Positions 46,099 through 59,944 of a stretch of DNA of 64,000 bases are shown in pieces. Under the pieces are notes generated by a model, which did no database searches, was not told the DNA's origin, and was given only the letters and a program-made list of their open reading frames with translations. The translations under genes were made by a program, and so were the position numbers. Source of the stretch: Eledone cirrhosa. Taxonomy: Eukaryota. Every line of letters starts with the position of its first letter. The stretch's first letter is position 1. The stretch is taken from positions 186,001 through 250,000 of the forward strand of contig CAXHJY010000401.1 of assembly GCA_964016885.1 (NCBI GenBank), read 5' to 3'.

Positions 46099-46216
46099 TA
46101 AAAGGAATTCCAACTTTGTCTGATTTACTCGTTTTATTTAAATCCTTTCGGATTGCAAAAGGATTGTAAATAAAACGAGTAAATCAGACAAAGTTGGAAT
46201 TCCTTTTATTAATATA
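46091..46216. repeat. Inverted repeat in (TA)n
   Basis: Arms TATTAATAAAAGGAATTCCAACTTTGTCTGATTTACTCGTTTTATTTA. Confidence 0.85.
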
Positions 46217-46242
46217 ATCTTCTATACACAATCATACACACC

Positions 46243-46288
<46 letters not shown>

Positions 46289-46459
46289 ATTCCTTTTGTA
46301 GTTGTCATGTCCTTCACTTTAGCTGCCTTATATCTCCTATAATTGAAAACACACTCTTACATTTATTCTCCTCTCTATATTGTATTTTGAAGAGCCCGCT
46401 AATTCTCCCTTGAGCACAATAAAGGGATAAACTCGACCCCTTACCTCCGTTGTTTCATT

Positions 46460-46514
<55 letters not shown>

Positions 46515-46792
46515 AGGGGGGTGGGGGGGTGGGACTATAAAATACGTCCCTATATAATTTTGTTTGCATGGATCTTGATTCTACGAATTAATACGTAACA
46601 TCCTTTGAATAACTTGATGTGTAACTCTCTTGAAGCATGTGGGAGGAATTATAAATGGGTTAGAAGCTAATTTTCCCATCTACATATTTGATTATATATA
46701 TATATATATATATAATAAATCAAGAAAGAGGAGTGACATGGTTTGCTATACAATAAGGGCTTTATTAACCTATAACAATAATTTGTTATCCC

Positions 46793-46833
<41 letters not shown>

Positions 46834-46840
46834 CAAATAT

Positions 46841-47030
46841 ATAACGAAGGAGTTGTGGTAAGGAACCAGATGGACCATAACGCACCAAAGTACTCAATAC
46901 TTAGGGTAGTAGAGTGGGTAATAGGAAAATGTTTGACCTCGACGGCAGAGCTCTGGACTCAGAAATAGCAGTCCAGAAATAGTCGTCGAAACGTCTTGAG
47001 CTCTGCCGTCGGGGTCAAATATTTTCCTAT
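46841..47030 (-). mobile_element. Fold-back element, family C (internally rearranged)
   Basis: Inverted repeat 46921-47030; tail matches 40607-40685. Confidence 0.75.
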
Positions 47031-47331
47031 GTATATATATATAATATACATGCATACGTATGAATATATGTCTCTCTCTCACTATATATATATATATATA
47101 TATATAATCAAATATATATATATATGTGTGTGTGTGTGAGTAGTTTAGGATTCTATGTTCAGTTACTGTAGGTGAGCACTCGATACGTAGTTTCCAGTAG
47201 GTATTTTGGTGTCGTACGAAGCAGAGTGTAATAATTGTTTCTACTTTTGGCACAAGGCCAGCAAGTACCCCAGTGCATTACTGGTACTCTATTTTATCAA
47301 TCCCTCATGAGGATGAAAACCAGGGTGTAAT

Positions 47332-47648
47332 AATAAAATAGACGTGGTGCTAGATCTTCATTATATTTATTGAGGTGTGACGCGCGTTTCGCGATTGATC
47401 AGCTCAAGGTTCAATCTGTAACGGGCGGGCCCGACTCTGGAATTAAAAGCTCATCGGACCTCTGTTTTGCCAAAGCAGTAAAAGAATGGTAATATAGAAT
47501 AATTCCTTTACAGCTTTGGTATAACAGAAGCTTTTGATTCCAGAGTCGGGCCCGCCCGATACAGATTGAACCTAGAGCTGATCAATCGCGAAACGCACGT
47601 CACACCTTAATAAATGTAATGAAAATTTAACACCACGTTTATTATTTT
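47332..47648. mobile_element. Diverged fold-back element with hammerhead at 47372-47462(-)
   Basis: GAGGT-CCGATGA-GC..~60 nt..GC-GAAAC-GCGC-GTC-ac-ACCTC; a relative with a CTGACGA core lies at ~60865-60925. Confidence 0.7.
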
Positions 47649-47681
47649 ATGTGTATATATATATATATCGGGGTCCTGATT

Positions 47682-47739
<58 letters not shown>

Positions 47740-47750
47740 GGGTCCTGATT

Positions 47751-47794
<44 letters not shown>

Positions 47795-47805
47795 GGGTCC
47801 TGATT

Positions 47806-47849
<44 letters not shown>

Positions 47850-47860
47850 GTCCTGATTCG

Positions 47861-47915
<55 letters not shown>

Positions 47916-48169
47916 ATAAAGTGAAATGACAGGAGGTCAAATATGTTGAATTTCCTTAATTATTTATTTCTGCAAACACTTGCATAAGAACCTTGTGACC
48001 TCATCAGGTGTAAATTGCGTAATAGATGTATACCAACGGAATGATGCTAAACTTTAAGCAAACAAGCGAAGAAAAACAGAGAAGAAAAAAAAGTGTTTAT
48101 GTTGTGGACCCAGCGACGAAAGAAGCCGCAACGTTACAATACCTCGCCGTCACACTGATAAATACTTAT

Positions 48170-48395
48170 GTTTCTTTGGGTTCTGGGCCTCAACTCATTC
48201 AGCCTATCATAAGAAAAAGAAAAATTAAGATCTTTATTTCTATTTTTCTTATGACAGGCTGAATGAGTTGGGGCCCAGAACCTAATGAAACTTAAGGACC
48301 TGTTTATGTCACTGTTGTAATTATTTATACCAAACTCGTCCTATAGACTGAGTGCTTTTACTCTTGGATATTTCTACCAAAGTTTTACTACAGTA
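48170..48395 (+). mobile_element. Fold-back element with degenerate hammerhead (48254-48303)
   Basis: Inverted repeat 48170-48291; ACAGG-CTGAATGA-GTTGGG..CCTAAT-GAAAC-TTAA-GGA-CCTGT; ACTC..GAGTGC at 48334-48355. Confidence 0.65.
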
Positions 48396-48509
48396 TATAT
48401 GTATCTGTATATATATATATATATATATATATACAAATAAAATATAAAGTTATTAACTCATATAGGTACCCTGCAATTAAAACAAGCTCAAAGTATAAAT
48501 ACCGAGCAT

Positions 48510-49296
48510 TATATAGTAATATATATATAAATAAACACAGTAAATCTCGTGTCTAAAAATTACGAGGGTGTAAGATACGACTAATGTTTTAAAAATGTAA
48601 TCTTAACCATACAGTATGATATATTAACCGTACAGTATGATATATTAACCATACAGTATGATATATTAACCGTACAGTATGATATATTAACCGTACAGTA
48701 TGATATATTAACCGTACAGTATGATATATTAACCATACAGTATGATATATTAACCATACAGTATGATATATTAACCATACAGTATGATATATTAACCGTA
48801 CAGTATGATATATTAACCATACAGTATGATATATTAACCATACAGTATGATATATTAACCATACAGTATGATATATTAACCATACAGTATGATATATTAA
48901 CCGTACAGTATGATATCTTAACCATACAGTATGATATCTTAACCATACAGTATGATATCTTAACCATAACAGTATGATATATTAACCATAACAGTATGAG
49001 ATATTAACCATACAGTATGATATATTAACCGTACAGTATGATATATTAACCGTACAGTATGATATATTAACCATACAGTATGATATATTAACCATACAGT
49101 ATGATATATTAACCATAAAAGTATGATACTGACCGTATCAAAAACATTTCAAAATGTTTTTGATACGGTCAGTATAAAATTAATATATCATACTGTACGG
49201 TTAAGATTAAATTTTTAAAACATTAGTGGTATTTTATACCCTCGTAATTTTTAGACACGAGATTTACTGTGTTTTTTTATACATATATATTACTAT
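48510..49296. repeat. Fold-back element whose left arm contains a 21-bp tandem array (48601-49125, ~25 copies)
   Basis: Arms 48510-48625 and 49180-49296; unit TTAACC(A/G)TACAGTATGATATA; central hairpin 49126-49175. Confidence 0.85.
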
Positions 49297-49371
49297 ATAT
49301 ATATATATTAGAAAGTGAGGTTTTTTTTTTACAAAATTAAAAATAACCGAGGTGTCCTACACGAGTGAAAG

Positions 49372-49620
49372 TATAAAGAAAAAAAGATGAAATCGAAAAT
49401 GCAACTGGAGTCTTATTTTTAAAAAAAATATATATATTTATTTGGTTCCTTTACCGGTTTCGCAGTTCTTCTGCTTTTCAAAAGTGGAGGGTCTGTGGTT
49501 TTTTCTCAACTCTACTTTTGAAAAGCAGAAGAACTGCGAAACCGGTAAAGGAACCAAATAAATATATATATTTAAAAAAAAAATAAGACTCCAGTTGCAT
49601 TTTCGATTTCATCTTTTTTT

Positions 49621-49627
<7 letters not shown>
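49372..49627. mobile_element. Fold-back element with degenerate hammerhead (49515-49550 + and mirror copy)
   Basis: CTT-TTGAAAA-GCAG aagaa CTGC-GAAAC-CG-GTA-AAG. Confidence 0.65.
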
Positions 49628-49661
<34 letters not shown>

Positions 49662-49924
49662 AGAGAGAGAGAGATATGTATACAGACACATACACACACA
49701 CATATGTATATATATATATATCCGTATGTGGTTGACAGCTGAGAGAAAAGAGTACTCAATACCGAAAGTTCTAATATACATTTTATTAAGGCTCAATAGT
49801 GAGTCTGTTTACGACAGGGTCATCTGACAAGAGTTCTTGTCTGAGATGAACCTGTGGCGAGTCTCCTGAGTAAGAAAACTTGCTGTTTTAGCCTTGATAA
49901 AATAAATATATATGTATGTATGTA

Positions 49925-49990
<66 letters not shown>

Positions 49991-50080
49991 GGAAAAATTT
50001 GAACAGGGACAAAACAGAGAGGCAGTACAACGAATGTTTATTAATTTTACGCTCTGGAGAGTGGGGTGTTGGTGGGGGAC

Positions 50081-50108
50081 GACGTTTCGGGCATAAGCCC
50101 TTCCTCAG
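50081..50108 (-). ncRNA. Minimal hammerhead core
   Basis: CTGAGGA-A-GGGC ttat GCCC-GAAAC-GTC; degenerate relatives at 3470-3495(-) and 28793-28817(+). Confidence 0.6.
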
Positions 50109-50422
50109 GTGAGAAGTGTGTGGGAACAGAGTTCAAAGGGTGTGTAGGGGAGTGGTGGAGAGACATATAGCGAAAGGAAAATGTGCGAATGAAAAAAATA
50201 AAAATAAAAATAAAAATAAAGCATGATCAAAATAAACTGAAATTAAAAGGGGGGTAAAACAGGTGGTGGAAGGGTGTGGGGTGTGTAGGGGTTATGGCGA
50301 GTGGGGAGAGGGAGACGGGGTGTCCGAGCGGGGAGGGCTGAATGTATATATATATATATAGGGAAAAGTCAGGACCCCAACGCCTGAGCTCCGGCCGTTT
50401 CGACAGCTAGATATAGATGTCG

Positions 50423-51913
50423 AAATATGACATCTTAGTTCTATGTCTTAGAGAAGAGAGTATTGTTTGTGAGAAGTCTTCATAAGAATATATGACATCT
50501 TAGTTCAATGTCTTAGAGAAGAGAGTATTGTTTGTGAGAAGTCTTCATAAGAATATATGACATCTTAGTTCAATGTCTTAGAGAAGAGAGTATTGTTTGT
50601 GAGAAGTCTTCATAAGAATTTATGACATCTTAGTTCAATGTCTTAGAGAAGAGAGTATTGTTTGTGAGAAGTCTTCATAAGAATATATGACATCTTAGTT
50701 CAATGTCTTAGAGAAGAGAGTATTGTTTGTGAGAAGTCTTCATAAGAATTTATGACATCTTAGTTCAATGTCTTAGAGAAGAGAGTATTGTTTGTGAGAA
50801 GTCTTCATAAGAATATATGACATCTTAGTTCAATGTCTTAGAGAAGAGAGTATTGTTTGTGAGAAGTCTTCATAAGAATATATGGCATCTTAGTTCAATG
50901 TCTTAGAGAAGAGAGTATTGTTTGTGAGAAGTCTTCATAAAAATATATGACATCTTAGTTCAATGTCTTAGAGAAGAGAGTATTGTTTGTGAGAAGTCTT
51001 CTTAAGAATATATGACATCTTAGTTCAATGTCTTAGAGAAGAGAGTATTGTTTGTGAGAAGTCTTCATAAGAATATATGACATCTTAGTTCAATGTCTTA
51101 GAGAAGAGAGTATTGTTTGTGAGAAGTCTTCATAAGAATTTATGACATCTTAGTTCAATGTCTTAGAGAAGAGAGTATTGTTTGTGAGAAGTCTTCATAA
51201 GAATATATGACATCTTAGTTCAATGTCTTAGAGAAGAGAGTATTGTTTGTGAGAAGTCTTCATAATAATATATGACATCTTAGTTCACTGTCTTAGAGAA
51301 GAGAGTATTGTTTGTGAGAAGTCTTCATAAGAATATATGACATCTTAGTTCAATGTCTTAGAGAAGAGAGTATTGTTTGTGAGAAGTCTTCATAAGAATT
51401 TATGACATCTTAGTTCAATGTCTTAGAGAAGAGAGTATTGTTTGTGAGAAGTCTTCATAAGAATATATGACATCTTAGTTCAATGTCTTAGAGAAGAGAG
51501 TATTGTTTGTGAGAAGTCTTCATAAGAATTTATGACATCTTAGTTCAATGTCTTAGAGAAGAGAGTATTGTTTGTGAGAAGTCTTCATAAGAATATATGA
51601 CATTTTAGTTCAATGTCTTAGAGAAGAGAGTATTGTTTGTGAGAAGTCTTCATAAGAATTTATGACATCTTAGTTCAATGTCTTAGAGAAGAGAGTATTG
51701 TTTGTGAGAAGTCTTCATAAGAATATATGACATCTTAGTTCAATGTCTTAGAGAAGAGAGTATTGTTTGTGAGAAGTCTTCATAAGAATTTATGACATCT
51801 TAGTTCAATGTCTTAGAGAAGAGAGTATTGTTTGTGAGAAGTCTTCATAAGAATATATGACATCTTAGTTCAATGTCTTAGAGAAGAGAGTATTGTTTGT
51901 GAGAAGTCTTCAT
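50423..51913. repeat. 65-bp tandem satellite, ~23 copies
   Basis: Unit ATGACATCTTAGTTCAATGTCTTAGAGAAGAGAGTATTGTTTGTGAGAAGTCTTCATAAGAAT(A/T)T. Confidence 0.95.
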
Positions 51914-52013
51914 TGAAAAACAGACACAGAAGAATTTTATAGAAACAAATAACCTCATTTTATCATATTATCTCCATTATATATCGATCTATAGATATAT
52001 GTGTATATGTGTG

Positions 52014-52056
<43 letters not shown>

Positions 52057-52136
52057 TTTCCATATACTGTACCGTTTGTGTTGTTACTTCTGTTTACCAT
52101 TTACTTACACAACACACATACATACATACACATACA

Positions 52137-52179
<43 letters not shown>

Positions 52180-52662
52180 GTGTGTGTGTGTGTATATATG
52201 TATATATATATGTGTGTGTGTGTGTGTATATATGTATATATATATGTGTGTGTATATATATATAAGTATGTAAGTATATATATATATGTGTGTATATATA
52301 TATGTATATATATATATATATGTGTATAAATATATGTGCATATATGTGTGTATGTATATATGTGTATATATATATATACATGTGTATATGTATGTGTATA
52401 TACATATACATATATATATATGTATGTATGTATGTGTGTATATTATCTTTATTCTCTCATATTTCTCATCAATTCCAAAGATACACAAGTATTTTAAGAC
52501 AAAAACACTGAAATACCATCTTATCTACTTTCTTTTTAACTCAATTATATCCGCCATATTTAAACTTCCTTCTTTTTTTTTCAAATCCCTTCTTTTGTGT
52601 TTTTTCGTCTATTTTTGTTTTGTATAATTGTTGTATTGATGTTGTTGTCGTATTTGCTGTTG

Positions 52663-52664
<2 letters not shown>

Positions 52665-52694
<30 letters not shown>

Positions 52695-52985
52695 CTTCTT
52701 CTTCTTCTTCTTCTTCTTCTTCTTCTTCTTCTTCGCCTTCTTCTTCGCCTTCTTCTTCGCCTTCTTCTTCGCCTTCTTCTTCGCCTTGTTCGCCTTCTTC
52801 TTCTTCTTCTTCGCCTTCTTCTTCTTCTTCTTCTTCTTTTTCTTCTTCGCCTTCTTCTTCTTCTTCTTCGCCTTCTTCTTCTTCTTCTTCGCCTTCTTCT
52901 TCTTCGCCTTCTTCTTCTTCGCCTTCTTCTTCTTCGCATTCTTCTTCATCTTCGCCTTCTTCATCTTCGCCTTCTTCTTCATCTT

Positions 52986-53016
<31 letters not shown>

Positions 53017-53099
53017 TTCTTCTTCTTTTTCTTCTTCTTCTTCTTCTTCTTCGCCTTCTTCGCCTTCTTCGCTTTCTTCTTCTTCTTCTTCTTCTTCTT

Positions 53100-53139
<40 letters not shown>

Positions 53140-53925
53140 TTCTTCTTCTTTTTCTTCTTTTTCTTCTTCTTCTTCTTCTTTTTCTTCTTTTTCTTCTTCT
53201 TCGCCTTCTTCTTCTTCTTCTTCTTCTTCTTCTTCTTCTTCTTTTTCTTCTTCTTCTTCTTTTTCTTCTTCTTCTTCTTCTTCTTCGCCTTCTTCTTCTT
53301 CTTCGCCTTCTTCTTCGCCTTCTTCTTCGCCTTCTTCTTCTTCTTCGCCTTCTTCTTCTTCGCCTTCTTCTTCGCCTTCTTCTTTGCCTTCTTCTTCTTC
53401 TTCGCCTTCTTCGCCTTCTTCTTCTTCGCCTTCTTCTTCTTCTTCTTCTTCGCCTTCTTCTTCTTCTTCTTCGCCTTCTTCTTCTTCTTCTTCGCCTTCT
53501 TCTTTGCCTTCTTCTTCTTCTTCTTCTTCTTCTTTGCCTTCTTCTTCTTCTTTGCCTTCTTCTCTGCCTTGTTGTTGTTGTTGTTCTTTTTCTTCTTGCT
53601 GTGGTCGTTGTTATTGTCAATATAAGTGTTGTGATTCTTGTGGTCGTTGTTGTTGTTGCTGTGGTCGTTGTTGTTGTTGTTGTTATTGCTGTGGTCGTTG
53701 TTGTTGTTGTTATTGTTGTGGTTGTTGTTGTTGTTGTTATTGCTGTGGTCGTCGTTGTTGTTGTTGTTATTGTTGTGGTTGTTGTTGTTGTTGTTGCTGT
53801 GGTCGTTGTTGTTGTTGTTGTTATTGCTGTGGTCGTTGTTGTTGTTGTTATTGCTGTGGTCGTCGTTGTTGTTGTTGTTATTGTTGTGAACAGACTAGTC
53901 TAATTCCTGTTGTTGTTGTTGTTGA
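52665..53925. repeat. (TTC)n/GCC microsatellite followed by a (GTT)n array
   Basis: Direct inspection. Confidence 0.95.
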
Positions 53926-54300
53926 TCTAATTGTTGGTGTTCAAAACATAGAGAATATGTCAAAACAACAACACAGCAGCCCTTTACCTCTTCCTTTCTT
54001 CTTCTTCTTCTTCTTGCAGTTTACTCCATCACCACCTCCCACTATCCCCCACCCTGTCCTCCCACTCCAGTAGTATCACCACCTCTCACTATTCCCCCAC
54101 CATATTACCTACCACTACCTCCCACTATCCCCCACCACCTCCCACTCCAACAGTACCACTACCTCCCACTGCCCCTCCCTCCCCCCACCATACTACCATT
54201 CACACAAACATGTTTTCCATTCCAGCTTTGTTTACGACTTACTTTCAATTTTAAACAGATTTTCTTTAATATCTTAATATTTCTTCTGGCGTCTTATATA

Positions 54301-54488
<188 letters not shown>

Positions 54489-54578
54489 TATACATATATA
54501 TACATATATATATATATATATCTCTCTCTCTATATATATATATATATACATATATGTATATGTATATATATATGTATA

Positions 54579-54620
<42 letters not shown>

Positions 54621-54692
54621 TGTATATGTATATATATATGTATATATATGTATATATATATATATATATACATATATATACATATATATATG

Positions 54693-54733
<41 letters not shown>

Positions 54734-54743
54734 GTATATGTAT

Positions 54744-54787
<44 letters not shown>

Positions 54788-54788
54788 G

Positions 54789-54820
<32 letters not shown>

Positions 54821-54880
54821 CATATATATATATGTATATGTATATATATATGTATATATATATATATACATATATATATG

Positions 54881-54914
<34 letters not shown>

Positions 54915-54974
54915 CATATATATATATGTATATGTATATATATATGTATATATATATATATACATATATATATG

Positions 54975-55046
<72 letters not shown>

Positions 55047-55146
55047 TATATATATATATGTGTGTGTGTGTCTGTGTTACGAATTTTCGAAAAAATTCTT
55101 TAAAATTCTTTAAATCAAAATTTACACAGACCTGGTAAATAAAATT

Positions 55147-55210
<64 letters not shown>

Positions 55211-55434
55211 ATATATATATGTGTGTACGTATATATATGTGTGTGTGTGTACATATGTGTGTGTATATATGTATATATATATTTGTAGTTTTATTTATTC
55301 AATATTAAATAGCCTTAAGCAATCTAAGCAATTAATTTACTTAAAACTAGGCTACTGGGAACACTGCAAGTATTCTAAAACCTTTTGGTTTTATTTTTCA
55401 AATCTCAGTTTTTAAAAACATGCGTTATTATTTA

Positions 55435-56480
55435 ACCAGTATCGGTGGGGAGTCAGACGCCATGCTTTGCAGCATAGAGTTACGGCCCTTGCCATTCTGA
55501 GTTCAAATCCCGCCGAGGTTAACTTTGCCCTTCATCCTTACGGGGTCGATAAAATAAAGTACCAGTAATACACTTGTTAATTGCTGGCCTTGTGCCAAAA
55601 CGTAGAAATAATTATTTAACCACTATCGGTGGAGAGTCAGACGCCATGCTTTGCAGCATAGAGTTACGGCCCTTGCCATTCTGAATTCAAATCCTGCCGA
55701 GGTTAACTTTGCCTTTCATCCTTACGGGGTCGATAAAATAAAGTACCAGTAATACACTGGGTAATTGCTGGCTTTGTGCCAAAAAGTAGAAATAATTATT
55801 TAACCACTATCGGTGGAGAGTCGGACACCATGCTTTGCAGCATGGGGTTACGACCCTTTATAATCTGAGTTCAAATGCCGCCGAGCTTATAGCTTTGCCT
55901 TTCATCCTTACGGGGTCGATGAAATAAAGTACCAGTAATACATTGGGATCGATTTAATCGACTCCCCCCCCCCCCAGTTACTGGCCTTGTGCCTATACTA
56001 GAAATCATTGTTTAACCGAATATAACGACGGTGGATTGTCAGTAAAATCGGTGGAGCATCGGACAATATGCTTTGTGGCACAGAGTGACGGCCCATTACA
56101 TTCTGAGTCGAAATCCCGCCGAGATCAGCTTTGCTTTTCATTTTTATGGGTCGATAAAATAAAGTACCAGTCACGCACTGGGGTTGGTTTCGTTGACTTT
56201 CCCCTCTCCCAAAATTCTTGGCCGTGTGCATATATTGAGGGCGGTGGAGTGACAGTAGTAATGGTAGAGCGTCGTGCAAGATACTTTGTGGCAGAGTGAG
56301 GGCCGTTTATGTTATGGGTTCAAATCCAGCCGATGGTAACTTAGACTTTGAACCTTAACAAGACGATGACGCACTGGGTCTATTTAATCTATTACACCCC
56401 CTACCCCCCACCCCACCCCACCCACACAAACACTCACACACAAAAACATATTGTTGACCTTGTGCCTAAATCAGAAACCA
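55435..56480 (+). mobile_element. Tandem array of 5 tRNA-SINE copies
   Basis: Units at ~55440, 55620, 55805, 56040, 56260 with a GAGTTCAAATCC B-box and the shared body. Confidence 0.85.
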
Positions 56481-56484
56481 TTGC

Positions 56485-57345
56485 TATGCTGGTGTTTGGA
56501 ACATAACTTAAGAAAGGTTCTTACATAAAATTATGATGGAAGAGATTTCGATAAATATAAACACTTTAACCCTTTCGTTGCCATATTTCTAATGAAGGAC
56601 ACTGCCTGGTATTTTCAAATCATTTCGAAAATAACCAGAATTTGTAAAGATTTTGTAATATATATAACCTTCTCAACATTATGCTGCTGTTTGGAACATA
56701 ACTTAACAAAGGTTCTTACATAAAATTATGATGGAAGAGATTTCGATAAATATAAACACTTTAACCCTTTCGTTGCCATATTTCTAATGAAGGACACTGC
56801 CTGGTATTTTCAAATCATTTCGAAAATAACCAGAATTTGTAAAGATTTTGTAATATATATAACCTTCTCAACATTATGCTGCTGTTTGGAACATAACTTA
56901 AGAAAGGTTCTTACATAAAATTATGATGGAAGAGATTTCGATAAATATAAACACTTTAACCCTTTCGTTGCCATATTTCTAATGAAGGACACTGCCGGGT
57001 ATTTTCAAATCATTTCGAAAATAACCATAATTTGTAAAGATTTTATAATATATATAACTTTCTCAACATTATGCTGCTGTTTGGAACATAACTTAACAAA
57101 GGTTCTTACATAAAATTATGATGGAAGAGATTTCGATAAATATAAACACTTTAACCCTTTCGTTGCCATATTTCTAATGGAGGACACTGCCGGGTATTTT
57201 CAAATCATTTCGAAAATAACCATAATTTGTAAAGATTTTGTAATATATATAACCTTCTCAACATTATGCTGCTGTTTGGAACATAACTTAACAAAGGTTC
57301 TTACATAAAATTATGATAGAATGTGTTTAGATAAATAGAAACACT
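56485..57345. repeat. 195-bp tandem repeat, ~4.4 copies, containing TTAACCCTTTCGTTGCCATATTTCTAATGAAGGACACTG
   Basis: GCTGTTTGGAACATAAC recurs every 195 bp. Confidence 0.92.
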
Positions 57346-57419
57346 TTGAAATAAACTGCTTGGTGGCTGAATCAGAAATTGTGACTTCATTATAAGCCAT
57401 TATTAAGTCAGTTAAGGGT

Positions 57420-57930
57420 AGAAATCTGTAGAGCGCCGAATAATTTGCCATTGCGGTATTTGTTTGAGCTCTTTACTTTCTGAGGTCAAGTTCTGGAGAG
57501 GTCAATGTCACCTTTTATCCTTCCGGAGTTCGATAAAATAAAGTACCAATCATGTACTGGGATCGATGCAATAAACTTTTTCCTTACACCACCCCACACT
57601 ATCAAAATATCTGGACTTATGCCTAAATTAAAAACTACGAGGATTGGTAGAGCGTCGAACGAAATACTTAGCGGTATTTAGTTACGACTTTATACGTTCT
57701 GATTTCAAATTCTGCTGACGTCAACTTTGTGTTGCATCTTTGGGGTTTCCTCAACTTTGCTCTTCCGGCGAAGTACTGGCCCTGTGGGGGGAGTGTGAGG
57801 GTCGGGGTGGATTGGTAGAATCGTTAGAGAGTTGGACAAATGTTCTGCGGTATTTGTTCTGGCTTTTAACACTCCCAGTTCAAATCCCACCGAGGTCAAC
57901 TCGATAAAATAAAGTAGGAGTTAAGTACGA
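57420..57930 (+). mobile_element. Three older tRNA-SINE copies in tandem
   Basis: GGTAGAGCGTCG..GCGGTATTT..GTTCAAAT..GAGGTCAAC..GATAAAATAAAGTA. Confidence 0.7.
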
Positions 57931-58146
57931 GGATCCGCTAAAAGGTTCATAGGCTATGAAGGAGTGATGCTAGAGCTGTGAAATCTTGCATGCATTACTT
58001 TAAACTCTTCTTATTGATAACTACATTGTTTCTTTCCAGAAACTATGTTGAAAAATAAACCTCATTTGGTCAATCCATGAGAGTATCTTGGTCAGGCTAT
58101 GAACTTTTCAGCTGACTCACCTATGCATATGTATATATGTATGTGT

Positions 58147-58199
<53 letters not shown>

Positions 58200-58203
<4 letters not shown>

Positions 58204-58619
58204 TGCAAAAGTTTTATTTAAAATTGTTGGGTTACAACGAGTAAATATTTTATAACTGATATAAAGCACTCAACAAGTTTGGAGTAGATATACGATATTA
58301 AACAAATGGAAACTATATTTCTAAAACCATATTTATTTCATTATACATATTTCAGGGATACCATATTAAAAATATGGCATGCCTTCTTCAGATAAAATAC
58401 AATATATAAGCAGTTTTATAAATAAATTTGACGTACCATAAAATATTTTTAAATGGAAGTTGATCAATATTTTATGGTACGTCAAATTTATTTATAAAAC
58501 TGCTTATATATTGTATTTTATCTGAAGAAGGCATGCCATATTTTTAATATGGTATCCCTGAAATATGTATAATGAAATAAATATGGTTTTAGAAATATAG
58601 TTTCCATTTGTTTAATATC

Positions 58620-58624
<5 letters not shown>
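58200..58624 (-). mobile_element. Fold-back element, family A (palindrome 58288-58624; hammerheads 58334-58399 - and 58514-58579 +)
   Basis: TATTTTAT-CTGAAGA-AGG..ATGCCATATT/AATATGGTAT..CCT-GAAA-TATG-TA; ACTC..GAGTGC at 58266-58285. Confidence 0.8.
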
Positions 58625-58649
<25 letters not shown>

Positions 58650-58653
<4 letters not shown>

Positions 58654-58746
58654 GGCGCCCGTTATTCGCGGAGTTTACGTTCCCAGGGCACCTGCCAGGA
58701 GTGAAAAACGGCGAAAGATATTTACGATTCCGCGAATATCGAGAGC
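58650..58746. mobile_element. Possible pogo/Tigger-like MITE remnant
   Basis: Inverted TATTCGCGGA/TCCGCGAATA near the ends; inserted in a TA run. Confidence 0.4.
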
Positions 58747-58812
58747 ACACACACATACACACATATATATATATACACACACACACATATATATATATAT
58801 ACACACACACAT

Positions 58813-58845
<33 letters not shown>

Positions 58846-59096
58846 GTGTCTAGTTTGTTAGATGTTGGCAATATAATGTAATGCGTGGGGAAAGATTTTT
58901 AAAAATGATGAAACAAGAAAAACAAATAGTTAAGCACTTAGTGAACATGTTATGTAACGGGCTTAGTTATTATGTAAAGCTGGTAGGATTGTGTAATATA
59001 TATATATATATATTATATATATATATACATATATATAATATAATATATATATATACATATATATAATATATATATATATAATATATATAAATATTA

Positions 59097-59127
<31 letters not shown>

Positions 59128-59235
59128 ATATATGATATATATATATAGAGAGAGAAAGAGATCCATAGATAGATACATATATACATATGATATAAATTAT
59201 ATTTATATGTATCTACAAACATGTTTATATATATC

Positions 59236-59305
<70 letters not shown>

Positions 59306-59394
59306 TGTGTATATATATGTATATATATATATAAACAGAGAGAGAGATGGGGGGGGGTTAAAGAGAGAGTGCTGAACGTTCAGCAATTAGTATA

Positions 59395-59650
59395 GAATTA
59401 TGCACCACCCCACTGGTTTGCTGTACATATTGTAACACGCAACACACACTGAGTTTCAATGAAGCGTTCCTCAGTTTAAGACTGACTGAGCAATGAAGGT
59501 TCGGCTGCAGCGTTCTACCATATTTGCCAGCTGTGAGCCGGTGCAGGTTGGCTTTCTCCGTATCCTGAGGGCATTTGTGAAAATATACAAATATACTTTC
59601 AGTGGGAAAACCAGACGTGCATTTTTTTTTGTGTGTCACCAGACACCCGC
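59395..59650 (-). mobile_element. Possible decayed 3' end of a Penelope-like ORF followed by a hammerhead core (59447-59474)
   Basis: ..RLTAGKYGRTLQPNL.. loosely resembles the C-terminal I..L.P.LN motif of GIY-YIG domains; CTGAGGA-ACG ctt CATT-GAAAC-TCA-GT follows. Confidence 0.35.
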
Positions 59651-59786
59651 TCTTTCCTATATATCTATGTATTTATGTGTGTATATATATATATGTATAT
59701 ATGTGTGTGTGTGTGTGTGTAAGTGTGTGAATTTATATATATATTATATATATTATATATATATATTAATGTGTATATATATTAAG

Positions 59787-59827
<41 letters not shown>

Positions 59828-59911
59828 GTGTGTGTGTGTAAGTGTGTGAATTTATATATATATTATATATATATATATATATATATTAATGTGTATATAT
59901 ATTAAGGTGTC

Positions 59912-59944
<33 letters not shown>

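Noticed and set aside
47930-48012. Hammerhead candidate CTGATGA-GGTCA..TGACC on the minus strand
   Set aside because: No GAAA, stem III or UH after the putative stem II
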